Shown one piece after another: positions 9,206-17,335 of a stretch of 64,000 nt of DNA. This DNA comes from an uncultured Bacteroidales bacterium. GTDB taxonomy: Bacteria > Bacteroidota > Bacteroidia > Bacteroidales > UBA3824. The notes under the pieces are model-generated. The model did not search any database. It was not told the origin of the DNA and saw nothing but the letters and a program-made list of their open reading frames with translations. The stretch's first letter is position 1, and every line of letters begins with the position of its first letter. The stretch covers positions 14,170 to 78,169 of the forward strand of contig CAMOSO010000069.1 in NCBI GenBank assembly GCA_946624925.1, written 5' to 3'. The position numbers and the translations under genes are program-made.

Positions 9206-10528
9206 CTATTTCACTGCGTCCCAAAGTTTCTGCTCCAATGCGGCGCGGTCAAATTTTTTGATTTCGTCGGCGGAGGATACGCGGTCTTCGTCATAGACCA
9301 ATTCGGCAAGGAATTCGGGGGCGCGCTCGATGCCTTCGCCGAGGTTTATCATTACTACGTCGCCGTCTTTCAGGAGGCCTTTTTTCAACGATTCAAAGTA
9401 GCCGCCCATACAAATTGCCGAGGCAGGGCCTATGCGCTCTTGTGTCTTGTAGGCGATGAGGCGGGCAACGTCGGCGGTTTTGGTTTCGTCAAAACTGATA
9501 ATCTCGCCGCCAGATTTTTTGGTGATGTCGGCGATTACGGGATATGTGCCGGGCACGCCAGTTGCAAGTGTCTGAACTTTTGTGGGCGGGTTTTGGAGTT
9601 TCGGGAAATCTTGCTGCCAACCTTCGGGGAAGTTGTTGGCTTTTGCTTTTTCCCACGCTTGGGTCATCGGGTCGCAGAGGCTCGGCTGTACCGAGATGTA
9701 GCGCGGACGTTGATGGATGCCGATTGATTCTACTTCGTCGAGACCTTTTTCGATGGCAATAGGACCCGTGCCGCCGCTGAGTGCTTGGATGTAAGCAGTC
9801 GGGATTTCGCCGGTGAGCCTCAGCCATTCATATACCCAGGTCTTTTTTGCTTCCACGCGGATTGGGTCGGTGTTGCCGATGGTCATCAGGATGTTGTTTT
9901 TGGATGTGAACTCGCCCGCAATCTTCTTGGCGAAGGCGTAGTCGCCCTTGCATACAACGGCTTTTTCGCCGTATGCGCTCACGGAGGCGATGTTTTCTTT
10001 CACGGCGTCTTCGGGCATAAATACGTAGAGATTGATGCCCGCCTTAGCCAAATAGTGCGAAAATGCGTTGGCTGTGTTGCCGGTGCTTGCCACGGCGTAT
10101 TCCTTTACGCCACATTCTTTCAATACCGACGCGCCGAGTGTGCCGGCGATGTCCTTGAATGTGCGGGTGGCGTCGCTGAAATTGTGGCGCATTACGTACA
10201 CCTTTATATTGATGTTGTATTGCTTTTTGGCAAAATCTTCGAGGAATGTCCAACGGTCGATTGGCGATACGCCTTCGCCAGCCGAGATGATGTTTTCCTT
10301 GTGGTCGAGGGGCAGGAAGTCAAAGTAATGCCAGAGGCTCTCCACATTGTCCTTGGTGAAGATGAGGGAGCGGAGTTTTTCGGGATTGGTGTCGTACTTG
10401 GCATCCACGAAATTTTTGCCGCACTTCGGGCATTTCTGTCCAGCTTCAAACCAAGCCTTGAAGTCGCCTATGTTGTGTCCGCAGTGTTTGCAGACAAAAT
10501 GGTATTTGTTGCTCATTTTATAAAACAT
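9206..10528 (-). CDS. PLP-dependent threonine-synthase-fold enzyme with an N-terminal zinc ribbon (possible cysteate synthase)
   Basis: 440 aa. CxxC...CxxC at the N-terminus (FVCKHCGHNIGD...QKCPKCGKNF). Lys-containing TRTFKDIAG and ASTGNTANAF resemble threonine synthase / Trp-synthase-beta-fold motifs. The start may be the second Met (MSNKY, 10516). Confidence 0.6.
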   Translation of the reverse strand: MFYKMSNKYHFVCKHCGHNIGDFKAWFEAGQKCPKCGKNFVDAKYDTNPEKLRSLIFTKDNVESLWHYFDFLPLDHKENIISAGEGVSPIDRWTFLEDFAKKQYNINIKVYVMRHNFSDATRTFKDIAGTLGASVLKECGVKEYAVASTGNTANAFSHYLAKAGINLYVFMPEDAVKENIASVSAYGEKAVVCKGDYAFAKKIAGEFTSKNNILMTIGNTDPIRVEAKKTWVYEWLRLTGEIPTAYIQALSGGTGPIAIEKGLDEVESIGIHQRPRYISVQPSLCDPMTQAWEKAKANNFPEGWQQDFPKLQNPPTKVQTLATGVPGTYPVIADITKKSGGEIISFDETKTADVARLIAYKTQERIGPASAICMGGYFESLKKGLLKDGDVVMINLGEGIERAPEFLAELVYDEDRVSSADEIKKFDRAALEQKLWDAVK

Positions 10529-10608
10529 TAATTGTTGTTAATGATTGTGATTGACCGCCTTGCGGCGGTCTGAGTTTCCCCCGTCGCCGTAGGCGGCGGT
10601 TGCGCTTG

Positions 10609-11793
10609 TTATTCGCCGTTTTTTTGTTTCATTTTGGCGGCGCACTCGTCGGAGATGCGCGTCTTTTCTTTGGCGGTGCTCGATTCGGGATAGCCTTCGC
10701 CCTTGCGGAGGAATCTGAGACCCGCCATTATGAAGTCGGGCAGGGGACGCTCTGGGTCGCGTTTTTGGAGGTTGATGCCGAGACCGATTTTTGCGACGAT
10801 TGGCACGTAGTAGGTCTCCACAAATTCGATGAGGTTGCCGTCGGGGTCTTCGATGTAGGTGAAATGTCCCGATGCGCCGCCCATATCGAATATTTTGGCT
10901 TCCGATTCGTATGCCTCGGGGTTGGAATCGGTGGTGAATCTTACGCCCTTGCTTTCGCAATATTCTTTGAGAGCCTTCATATTGCGGATGTCGAAGCATA
11001 TCTGAATGAATCCCGGGTCGCCCCAGAGATGCGTCTCAAAGTCGTAAATCTTGCGCGGCTGACGCTTGGAGGTGTTGATGAGTTGTATGAGTTCTATCTG
11101 GCTCTCGTTGAGGAAGTTGCTGAACGGGCCTTTGCGTTGTTGCGAGTGTCCGAGCAGCACGCGGCGAAATTGGTCGTTGCCGCCATTGATGCGTGCAAAA
11201 TCTTCAAAGACATCTGTCTTGTCGTAGATGATGGTATCGTAGCCGAGTATGTCTTTGTAGAAGTCAATAGACCTCTCAATATCCGTAACGCCAACAATTG
11301 CGCCATATACTCCGCCGATTTTTGATTTGGTTTCGCGGAATGTGATGTCGCTTTCTACGATTTCAAAGAGGTTGCCGAAGGGGTCTTTCATAAAGAAATG
11401 ATCCTTGCCAGCGAGGTTTTTGCTGAAACCAGAGAGCAGCAAATCCGGTGTTTTGCTCTTGAAATAGAGGTAGGCCGCCGCCGGGTTTTGAGATTTGAGT
11501 TTGCCGACTGTGGTGCCGAGGTCGCCGAGCATTATGTCAAAAGGTGCGTAGGTGGGTTTTCTCGATGTGTATTGCCAAATTTCGAGACCGCCGCCGCCTT
11601 GCATATTGTATGCGAGGATAGTGTGTCGCGTCTGTGGCTTGTGAGCCGTGTAGGGCTGCATCATAGAAGCCTCGCCCGGCGCGTCGCTTAGCAGTACGTC
11701 CTGTCCAAAATGCTGCCTATACCAGTCCCAAGCGTTGTAAACGTCTTCCACGCCTACTCCGAGTTGTTGTATTCCGCTTATCTGAAATGCCAT
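10609..11793 (-). CDS. VOC (glyoxalase/bleomycin-resistance/dioxygenase) superfamily protein, multi-module
   Basis: 394 aa. Repeated VOC-like modules (GIQQLGVGVEDVYNAWDWYRQHFG; GAIVGVTDIERSIDFYKDILGYD; FIQICFDIRNMKALKEYCESKGV; HFTYIEDPDGNLIEFVE). Confidence 0.65.
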   Translation of the reverse strand: MAFQISGIQQLGVGVEDVYNAWDWYRQHFGQDVLLSDAPGEASMMQPYTAHKPQTRHTILAYNMQGGGGLEIWQYTSRKPTYAPFDIMLGDLGTTVGKLKSQNPAAAYLYFKSKTPDLLLSGFSKNLAGKDHFFMKDPFGNLFEIVESDITFRETKSKIGGVYGAIVGVTDIERSIDFYKDILGYDTIIYDKTDVFEDFARINGGNDQFRRVLLGHSQQRKGPFSNFLNESQIELIQLINTSKRQPRKIYDFETHLWGDPGFIQICFDIRNMKALKEYCESKGVRFTTDSNPEAYESEAKIFDMGGASGHFTYIEDPDGNLIEFVETYYVPIVAKIGLGINLQKRDPERPLPDFIMAGLRFLRKGEGYPESSTAKEKTRISDECAAKMKQKNGE

Positions 11794-11875
11794 TTTTGTT
11801 TTGTGATTATGTGTTTATGCCGCAAATTTGCAAAAAATTATTTGGATTTGGAAATCTAATTTATGTAAAAATGTA

Positions 11876-12085
11876 TTATTGCAGTTTCCCGTTGTCCTCT
11901 TTTTCTTCTTTTTGCCGCAAGTGCCGCCGCCATAGGTACATCAATACCGATATTACAGAGAATACATACATCGCCGTCGCCTCGTCAAATCCATACCTGA
12001 CGTGGCGTATTATTGCTATTATCAAACACATCGCCGACATACATATCCATAGGATTTCCATCGGATGCTTTCGCTGCTTTTTCAT
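11876..12085 (-). CDS. Small two-TM hypothetical membrane protein
   Basis: MKKQRKHPMEILWICMSAMCLIIAIIRHVRYGFDEATAMYVFSVISVLMYLWRRHLRQKEEKE. The upstream part of the tracked ORF (to 12130) is a translation of microsatellite DNA, so an internal Met was chosen. Confidence 0.35.
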   Translation of the reverse strand: MKKQRKHPMEILWICMSAMCLIIAIIRHVRYGFDEATAMYVFSVISVLMYLWRRHLRQKEEKEDNGKLQ

Positions 12086-12170
12086 TTGATGATTTTTGAT
12101 TTGGTGATTTGTTGATTTTTCAACTTTCAACTTTCAATTTTCAATTTTCAATTTTCAATTTTCAACTTTC
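12086..12170. repeat. Two adjacent AT-rich microsatellites: (TGATTTn)x~5 followed by period-7 (CAAyTTT)x7
   Basis: The CAAyTTT block at 12121-12170 reads caactttcaactttcaattttcaattttcaattttcaattttcaactttc. The TGATTT-type block is at 12086-12120. The array spans the lptC stop (12155). Confidence 0.85.
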
Positions 12171-12721
12171 TCCTCTTTTGCTTCTTCGTATTGTTCTTGG
12201 AGGTTTACGACGCCGTTTACGTCGAGGAATTTGTAGTTTTTGAATGCCATGTCGGACTCGAAGCCTTGTTTGCCGACTATGACTGTGCCGTCGGGGTCGG
12301 TAACAGTTACTTTTTTGACGGAGAATACTTTTTTGCCGTTTTCGTCGCCAAATATTTGTTCTGTGTTGAGCTTGGTGCCGTCTTCGTTGATGATTTCTAC
12401 GTTGTTGCGCGCCTCCCAAAGTTTCTTTTTGGTGTAATAGACTGCGTAGCCCGATGTTAGCGAGCTTTGCGCTTGGAGTTGTTCGTCATAAAATACCACT
12501 TTCACGCCTTTGGGAAATTCCCAATATGGCTGCTTTACCGACGTGAACTGATCCAATATCGGTGCGTCGATGGTGGTCTGCAATCTGTGTTGCGAATAAT
12601 ATTTGGTGTGGAGGTTTTGTGTTGACATGTCGGCGAAGGTTTCGTCGATGTTGTAATTGTCGAGCGACTGCATCTTGGTAGAGCAGGACGAGAGCAGGAG
12701 GATTATTAATGCATAATGCAT
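12155..12721 (-). CDS. lptC: LPS export system periplasmic protein LptC-like lipoprotein
   Basis: Start chosen at the Met giving MHYALIILLLSSCSTK (lipobox). The body QPYWEFPKGVKVVFYDEQLQAQSSLTSGYAVYYTKKKLWEARNNVEIINEDGTKLNTEQI is LptC/OstA-like. The longer tracked ORF N-terminus (NHFNHFNHF...) is repeat DNA. Confidence 0.65.
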   Translation of the reverse strand: MHYALIILLLSSCSTKMQSLDNYNIDETFADMSTQNLHTKYYSQHRLQTTIDAPILDQFTSVKQPYWEFPKGVKVVFYDEQLQAQSSLTSGYAVYYTKKKLWEARNNVEIINEDGTKLNTEQIFGDENGKKVFSVKKVTVTDPDGTVIVGKQGFESDMAFKNYKFLDVNGVVNLQEQYEEAKEEKVEN

Positions 12722-13002
12722 AATGCCTTTTTTTAATGCATAATGCATAATGCATAATGCATAATTGCCATTCGGGGTGCGCATAGTTAAGTGATTGAAG
12801 TAATTGAAGTGATTGAAGTGATTGAAGTGATTGAAGTAATTGATGTGATTGAATATTATAATGAAAAAACATAATGCATAATTCATAATTCGTAATGCTT
12901 TTTCTGGCGGATGCCCGATTATGCATTATGCATTATGAATTATGCATTAGAATTTGCATTATGAATTATGCATTAGAATCTGCATTATTAATTATGCATT
13001 AG
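12708..13002. repeat. Composite microsatellite spacer: period-7 (GCATAAT)n, period-9 (GTGATTGAA)x7, and inverse-orientation period-7 (ATTATGC/ATTATGA)n
   Basis: 12708-12769 is aatgcataatgcataatgc...taatgcataatgcataatgcataatgcataattgcc. 12791-12853 holds seven 9-mers. 12870-12898 is cataatgcataattcataattcgtaatgc. 12918-13002 is attatgcattatgcattatgaattatgcattagaatttgcattatgaattatgcattagaatctgcattattaattatgcattag. The left and right blocks are reverse complements of each other. Confidence 0.9.
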
Positions 13003-14666
13003 TAGAACCTTGCAGTTGTAGTTTCGCCAATCCAGCCGCCGATGGTGATGGTCATGCCCGGTGTGATGCTGTGCATGAATGCTTCTTCCTTCTTGGGGCA
13101 GGAGCCGATGTAGCGGTTGATGAGCTGCTGTGCCTCGGTTGCTACAGAGGGGTCTGCTGCTTTCGCTTTCTGGAGGTAGTCGATGACGAGCCAGTAGGTC
13201 TTTGACTTATCGAAGCTGTCTTCGCCAACGGGGTTAGCACCGTACAACGTTGCAATGATAAGGTAAGGGAGACCGTATTTGGGATTGAGGTTGATTGCTT
13301 CACGTGCGTAAGAGCGGGCGTTTGCAATCTGGTTTTTCTTCTGGAGGATTTTTGCGATGGAGCAGTTGTACTTGGCTTTCATCGTGTCGGCTTCAGCGAG
13401 TGAGATTGCCTTCTTGTAATTGTCGATGGCTTCGTCTTCCTTGCCCCTCTTTTCGAGCATTTTTGCAAAGCCAAAACATGCCTGCTCGGTGGGGTTGCTG
13501 GCGATTACCTTAGATACGGCATCTTCGTAGAGCTGAGCGTCTGTACATTCCTTGGAACTGAGCACTTTCACGATTTTGTTGCAGAGTTCGAGGTCGTTGG
13601 GGTTTTCTTTGAACTTGCCGGAGAATGCCTGTACGAGCACGTCGCACTGAGCTGCTGTGCTGTTGGAGAAGAGTCCGAGCACGCCGCCTTCCACTTGTTC
13701 GCAAGTTGCGAGGTCAGATTCTGCCTTTTGCTTTGCCTTGTCGTCGGTTGCGGCAGCGAGTTTTGCCTTGTCGTCAGCCTTCTTCTGTGCGAGGATGTCG
13801 GAGAAGAGGAGGTATTTGTCCACAACTACCGATGCGTCGATTTTTTCGACATTGTACATTGCGATTACCTGCTGCATAGCTGTCTGTATTACGGCGTATT
13901 CGCTGTTTTTGCCGCCAAGGTCGATTGACTTCGTGAGTATGTTGTAAGCCTCTTCTATTGCGCCTTTGCGGTATTTGGCAAGGTCCACGCCCTTGCGTCC
14001 GAGGAGGTATGCCTCGCCGTAGAGCTTGCTCTTAGCTGCAAAGTATTTGATGCGCTGGTCATAGACCATCATGAGGGTGTCCACCCACACTTGCTGCTCC
14101 TTGCCGTCTTTGGCGAGCTGCATTTTTTTCTTCATGATGTTGACACCGTTGGAATATACTGACTGCGAGCATTTTGGGAACTCCTTGAAGAGTACCGACC
14201 ACGTGGGATATGCTTCCTCCAGCGCGTTTTGCTTGACGTATTCTTGGAATGTTGACAAGAGCCTTACGCAGTTGGCGGAGTCTGCGCCGTAGGGTTCTTC
14301 GCGCATGAGGTCAGCCATCTTTTTCTGCTCAGCCCTGATTGCAGCCTTGAGGTCGGGCAATGTGCCGGCTTTCTGCATGTCTTTGAGGGTTCTTGCGTCG
14401 AAGAACTGGAGTTCGGGCATTTCGTTGACACCTATGTGCTCTACGGTAACGATTTCTTCGATGCCTTTGTTCATCTTTTCATAGAGGTCGCGGTATTGCT
14501 TTTTGAGCGCGGGGTTGTACTTGGTGGTTGGAGTGATTGCGAGGTCGCCAGCCACTTCCGGGAATTTTGCCTTCACGATGTCTTCCGCCGATTGTGCCGA
14601 TACGTTGCCGGCAATCAGAAGTGCGGAAAGTCCGAAGGCCACTTTTGCTATCTGTATTTTTTTCAT
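12999..14666 (-). CDS. Secreted tetratricopeptide-repeat (TPR) protein
   Basis: 555 aa with signal peptide MKKIQIAKVAFGLSALLIAGNVSAQ. TPR-like helical repeats include EEAIDNYKKAISLAEADTMKAKYNCSIAKILQKKNQIANARSYAREAINLNPKYGLPYLIIATLY. Confidence 0.7.
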   Translation of the reverse strand: MKKIQIAKVAFGLSALLIAGNVSAQSAEDIVKAKFPEVAGDLAITPTTKYNPALKKQYRDLYEKMNKGIEEIVTVEHIGVNEMPELQFFDARTLKDMQKAGTLPDLKAAIRAEQKKMADLMREEPYGADSANCVRLLSTFQEYVKQNALEEAYPTWSVLFKEFPKCSQSVYSNGVNIMKKKMQLAKDGKEQQVWVDTLMMVYDQRIKYFAAKSKLYGEAYLLGRKGVDLAKYRKGAIEEAYNILTKSIDLGGKNSEYAVIQTAMQQVIAMYNVEKIDASVVVDKYLLFSDILAQKKADDKAKLAAATDDKAKQKAESDLATCEQVEGGVLGLFSNSTAAQCDVLVQAFSGKFKENPNDLELCNKIVKVLSSKECTDAQLYEDAVSKVIASNPTEQACFGFAKMLEKRGKEDEAIDNYKKAISLAEADTMKAKYNCSIAKILQKKNQIANARSYAREAINLNPKYGLPYLIIATLYGANPVGEDSFDKSKTYWLVIDYLQKAKAADPSVATEAQQLINRYIGSCPKKEEAFMHSITPGMTITIGGWIGETTTARFY

Positions 14667-14734
14667 TGTATTATGTTTTTTGTGTTTAAAAAATCTGGTT
14701 TATTGTATGTTTTCTTTTGTCGTAGTTTGGTTTG

Positions 14735-14756
14735 GCGGGCGAGCCGCCCGCATTCC
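14735..14756. repeat. REP-like GC-rich hairpin, same family as 9178-9199
   Basis: GCGGGCGAGCCGCCCGCATTCC here versus GCAGGCGAGCCGCCTGCACTCC at 9178. Both lie 5-7 nt downstream of the stop codon of a minus-strand gene. Confidence 0.65.
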
Positions 14757-14760
14757 AGAC

Positions 14761-16131
14761 CTACTGGAATTTGCGTTTTATGAACCAGTAGTCGTGCAGT
14801 GTAGCGTTGAAGTGCACGAGGAAGTATTTTTCTTTATACAAATTGTGTTCCGTAGTGCCTCGAGTGCCGAGCTGGCAATTGAGGTTGAGGAGCAGCATGC
14901 CTACTGGCATTCCTATGCCGAAAGATACGCCCTTGTCGTCGATGCCGTGTCCATTGAGCTCGAGGTAGGTCTTCTGCTTGTAAGCTCCTACTCTATAGAT
15001 GATTCTGCGGTAGTATTTTGAAGAATATGTTTTTGCCTCCACAAACTGCAAGCCGAATCCCATGTACTCGCTGTTGCGGAATTTGGTCTTCGAGGCGTCG
15101 TTTGGCAATAGGAATTTGCCCCATTGCTGTGTGTGGTAGTCGGCGTTGATGGTGAGTTTTTCGGCAATCTCCACGGATGCGCCTATGCCAAAGCCTTTGG
15201 GGATGCTTATTTTGGATTTGGAGACAGTGTCGTTTATGATGGTGTCTGCCTTGGCTGTGTAGTAGTTGGTGCCGTTGTAGTAGTATGAGTAATACGTGTG
15301 GTAGTCTTCCACGAATATTTCGTTGCGGGAGTTGAGTTTTGCGCTGCTATTGAAGTATGCGCCCACCGAAATCCTAAGCGCGTCGCTGAGGCTGTCTTTT
15401 TTGGATTGGATGCGCTTCTCGAACCTGAGACCTATGTCGCCCTGCATGCCGTACATTACGCGCTTGTCGTTCATGTAATAATTGGAGGTGTAGGGGTATG
15501 AGGTATTGTTGATGACGTAGCCGGAGCGGGATATGTATGAGTTTTGTTTGCGCTCCATGTCGCCAAATAGCACGTTGCCGGTGAATCCTATAGAGAATAC
15601 CTTGAAAAATTTGAATGCTGTGGAAAGCGACACTTTGTTGATGCCGCCTTCGCCCTTGAATGAGTTTCTGTAGCCAAATTTGTAGTCGGCGCCGTTTAGT
15701 TGCATTACGTTGGAGGAGTCGATGCTCATGGATGTGTAGCCCATCGAGCTGTATGGCTTCATCGCGAATGAGAAGTACCACCACGGTTTTGCCGCAAATC
15801 CTCCCACGAGGTATTTGAATGTAGCTTTGCTTGTTTTTTCGGATTCGGTAGCCGATTTTATTTCGTTGTATTTGACGTCGAAGCCCACGTCGAATACAAA
15901 ACGTTGCAATGGCAGGTTGGTATTGCAGGCAGGATTTACTGTATTGACGTACATCGGCGAGCTTTCTGCCGCCGATGTGCCTCCCATTGCGATATTGTGC
16001 CCCGTGCTCGGATTGCTGATGTCGCCGATGCCATAGCGCGAGTACGGCGAGCCTGTGATGCCCTGGGCTGCCACTTCCGCCGCCGAGAGCATGAGTATCA
16101 GTGCTATAAGTTTAGTTTTCTTTAAGTACAT
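14761..16131 (-). CDS. Outer membrane beta-barrel protein of unknown function
   Basis: 456 aa with signal peptide MYLKKTKLIALILMLSAAEVAAQG. Alternating aromatic/Gly-rich beta-strand pattern throughout. Lies in a coaX-OMP-TPR-lptC co-directional cluster. Confidence 0.6.
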   Translation of the reverse strand: MYLKKTKLIALILMLSAAEVAAQGITGSPYSRYGIGDISNPSTGHNIAMGGTSAAESSPMYVNTVNPACNTNLPLQRFVFDVGFDVKYNEIKSATESEKTSKATFKYLVGGFAAKPWWYFSFAMKPYSSMGYTSMSIDSSNVMQLNGADYKFGYRNSFKGEGGINKVSLSTAFKFFKVFSIGFTGNVLFGDMERKQNSYISRSGYVINNTSYPYTSNYYMNDKRVMYGMQGDIGLRFEKRIQSKKDSLSDALRISVGAYFNSSAKLNSRNEIFVEDYHTYYSYYYNGTNYYTAKADTIINDTVSKSKISIPKGFGIGASVEIAEKLTINADYHTQQWGKFLLPNDASKTKFRNSEYMGFGLQFVEAKTYSSKYYRRIIYRVGAYKQKTYLELNGHGIDDKGVSFGIGMPVGMLLLNLNCQLGTRGTTEHNLYKEKYFLVHFNATLHDYWFIKRKFQ

Positions 16132-16855
16132 TGTAATTTAAAATTCTATTAAGGCCAATTGTTACTAAATTTGGCTCTGCAAATATCGTGTTTTTTAATT
16201 TCTTAGACAAATAAATACTGCTTCCGCCAGTCAAAATTATGCGGGAATTAACATTTTTTTTCTCAAAGGCATCTATATAGCCGTTAATTTCGTATATGAT
16301 GCCGGTTAAGACTCCGTTGCTGATAGCTTCGATGGTGGTGAGTCCGAATCCGTCGGTGGGGTGGGGGACGGTGATGAGGGGCAGCCGCGAGGTGAAGTCG
16401 TGCAGGGATTTGAATCTGATGTCGATGCCCGGCGAGATATTGCCGCCGAGATATTGGCTGCCGTCTTTTACGTAGTCGTATGTGATAGCCGTGCCGGCGT
16501 CTATGATAAGGCAGCTTGCGCTGGGAAATAATACCGTGGCACCCACGGCGGCGGCTATGCGGTCTTTGCCGAGGGTCTTGGGCGTGGCGTAGAGGTTGGC
16601 GATTGGGAGCGGGGTGTCGTCTCTGAGCGTCATTACTGCGCCAGACAAGCCCTCTATCGCGCTCGCTATCGGCTCGCTTGGCAGCGATACCGACGATATT
16701 ATGCAGTTTTTGACATCGAAATCGTGCGCGGTGTCTTTTGTCATCTTGATGACGGCATCAGATTCTAACTTTGTTTTGTCGTTGAATATCAAATTGTTAC
16801 AGTCATAGATGGCAAATTTGCAGGTGGTGTTGCCTATGTCGATTATCAAATTCAT
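16112..16855 (-). CDS. coaX: Type III pantothenate kinase
   Basis: MNLIIDIGNTTCKFAIYD start, DRIAAAVGA, LIIDAGTAITYDY, GGNISPG; 247 aa. Confidence 0.85.
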   Translation of the reverse strand: MNLIIDIGNTTCKFAIYDCNNLIFNDKTKLESDAVIKMTKDTAHDFDVKNCIISSVSLPSEPIASAIEGLSGAVMTLRDDTPLPIANLYATPKTLGKDRIAAAVGATVLFPSASCLIIDAGTAITYDYVKDGSQYLGGNISPGIDIRFKSLHDFTSRLPLITVPHPTDGFGLTTIEAISNGVLTGIIYEINGYIDAFEKKNVNSRIILTGGSSIYLSKKLKNTIFAEPNLVTIGLNRILNYNVLKEN

Positions 16856-16899
16856 ATTAAAATAATGCTAAAATGGTTTGTTTTTCGGCCGCAAGTTAC

Positions 16900-16907
16900 T
16901 AAATTTG
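16900..16907 (+). promoter_or_regulatory. Candidate -7 promoter box TAnnTTTG (TAAATTTG)
   Basis: 38 nt upstream of the ATG at 16945. Confidence 0.35.
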
Positions 16908-16944
16908 CAGCAAGATTGCAACATCCAAATTTTATAAAAAAAAT

Positions 16945-17334
16945 ATGGCAAAAAAAATTCTCATCGTAGAAGATGACAAGATGCTCTGCACCATATTCCA
17001 GATGTTCATTCAGGAGCTTGGATATGAGATATCTGGTGTGGCGCGCACGGGAGAGGACGCACTCAAGCACGTGGACCTCTTCCCTGATGTTGACTGCATT
17101 CTGATGGACATACAGCTTGACGGCGACCTCGACGGCATATCCACTGCGCGCCTTATCGGGCAGAAGCGTTGGGTGCCGGTGATTTTTGTGTCGGGCACCA
17201 CTGCGCCCGAAGTCGTGAAGTCGGCGGCGATGAGCAATGTGTATGGTTTTATCACTAAGCCCATTTACCGTCAGAATCTTGGTGTATCCATAGAGTATGC
17301 CTGCGCCAAATGCGCTTTGGAGATGGGCAGATGA
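16945..17334 (+). CDS. Stand-alone response regulator receiver (CheY-like)
   Basis: KILIVEDDKM, phospho-acceptor context ILMDIQLDGDLDG, FVSGT, ITKP; 129 aa with no output domain. Confidence 0.85.
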   Translation: MAKKILIVEDDKMLCTIFQMFIQELGYEISGVARTGEDALKHVDLFPDVDCILMDIQLDGDLDGISTARLIGQKRWVPVIFVSGTTAPEVVKSAAMSNVYGFITKPIYRQNLGVSIEYACAKCALEMGR

Positions 17335-17335
17335 T

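Noticed and set aside
10553-10599. GC-rich hairpins (GACCGCC-ttgc-GGCGGTC and CCGTCGCC-gta-GGCGGCGG) between the VOC gene and the ThrC-like gene, considered as an intrinsic terminator.
   Set aside because: No U-run follows on the transcribed (minus) strand. They may be REP-like structures or may stabilise the mRNA, but a terminator call is not supported.
12486-12926. ORFs translating the microsatellites: 12486..12926(-), the N-terminal 55 codons of 12155..12886(-), 12954..13205(+), and 55643..56020/55650..55889(+).
   Set aside because: Peptides such as SLQSLQSLQLLQS, NHFNHFNHFNYFNH and MHYALCIMHYAL are direct read-outs of period-9 and period-7 DNA repeats, not proteins.
12708-13002. Possible CRISPR array.
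   Set aside because: The repeat units are 7-9 nt with no unique spacers, and no cas genes are in the window. This is simple-sequence DNA.
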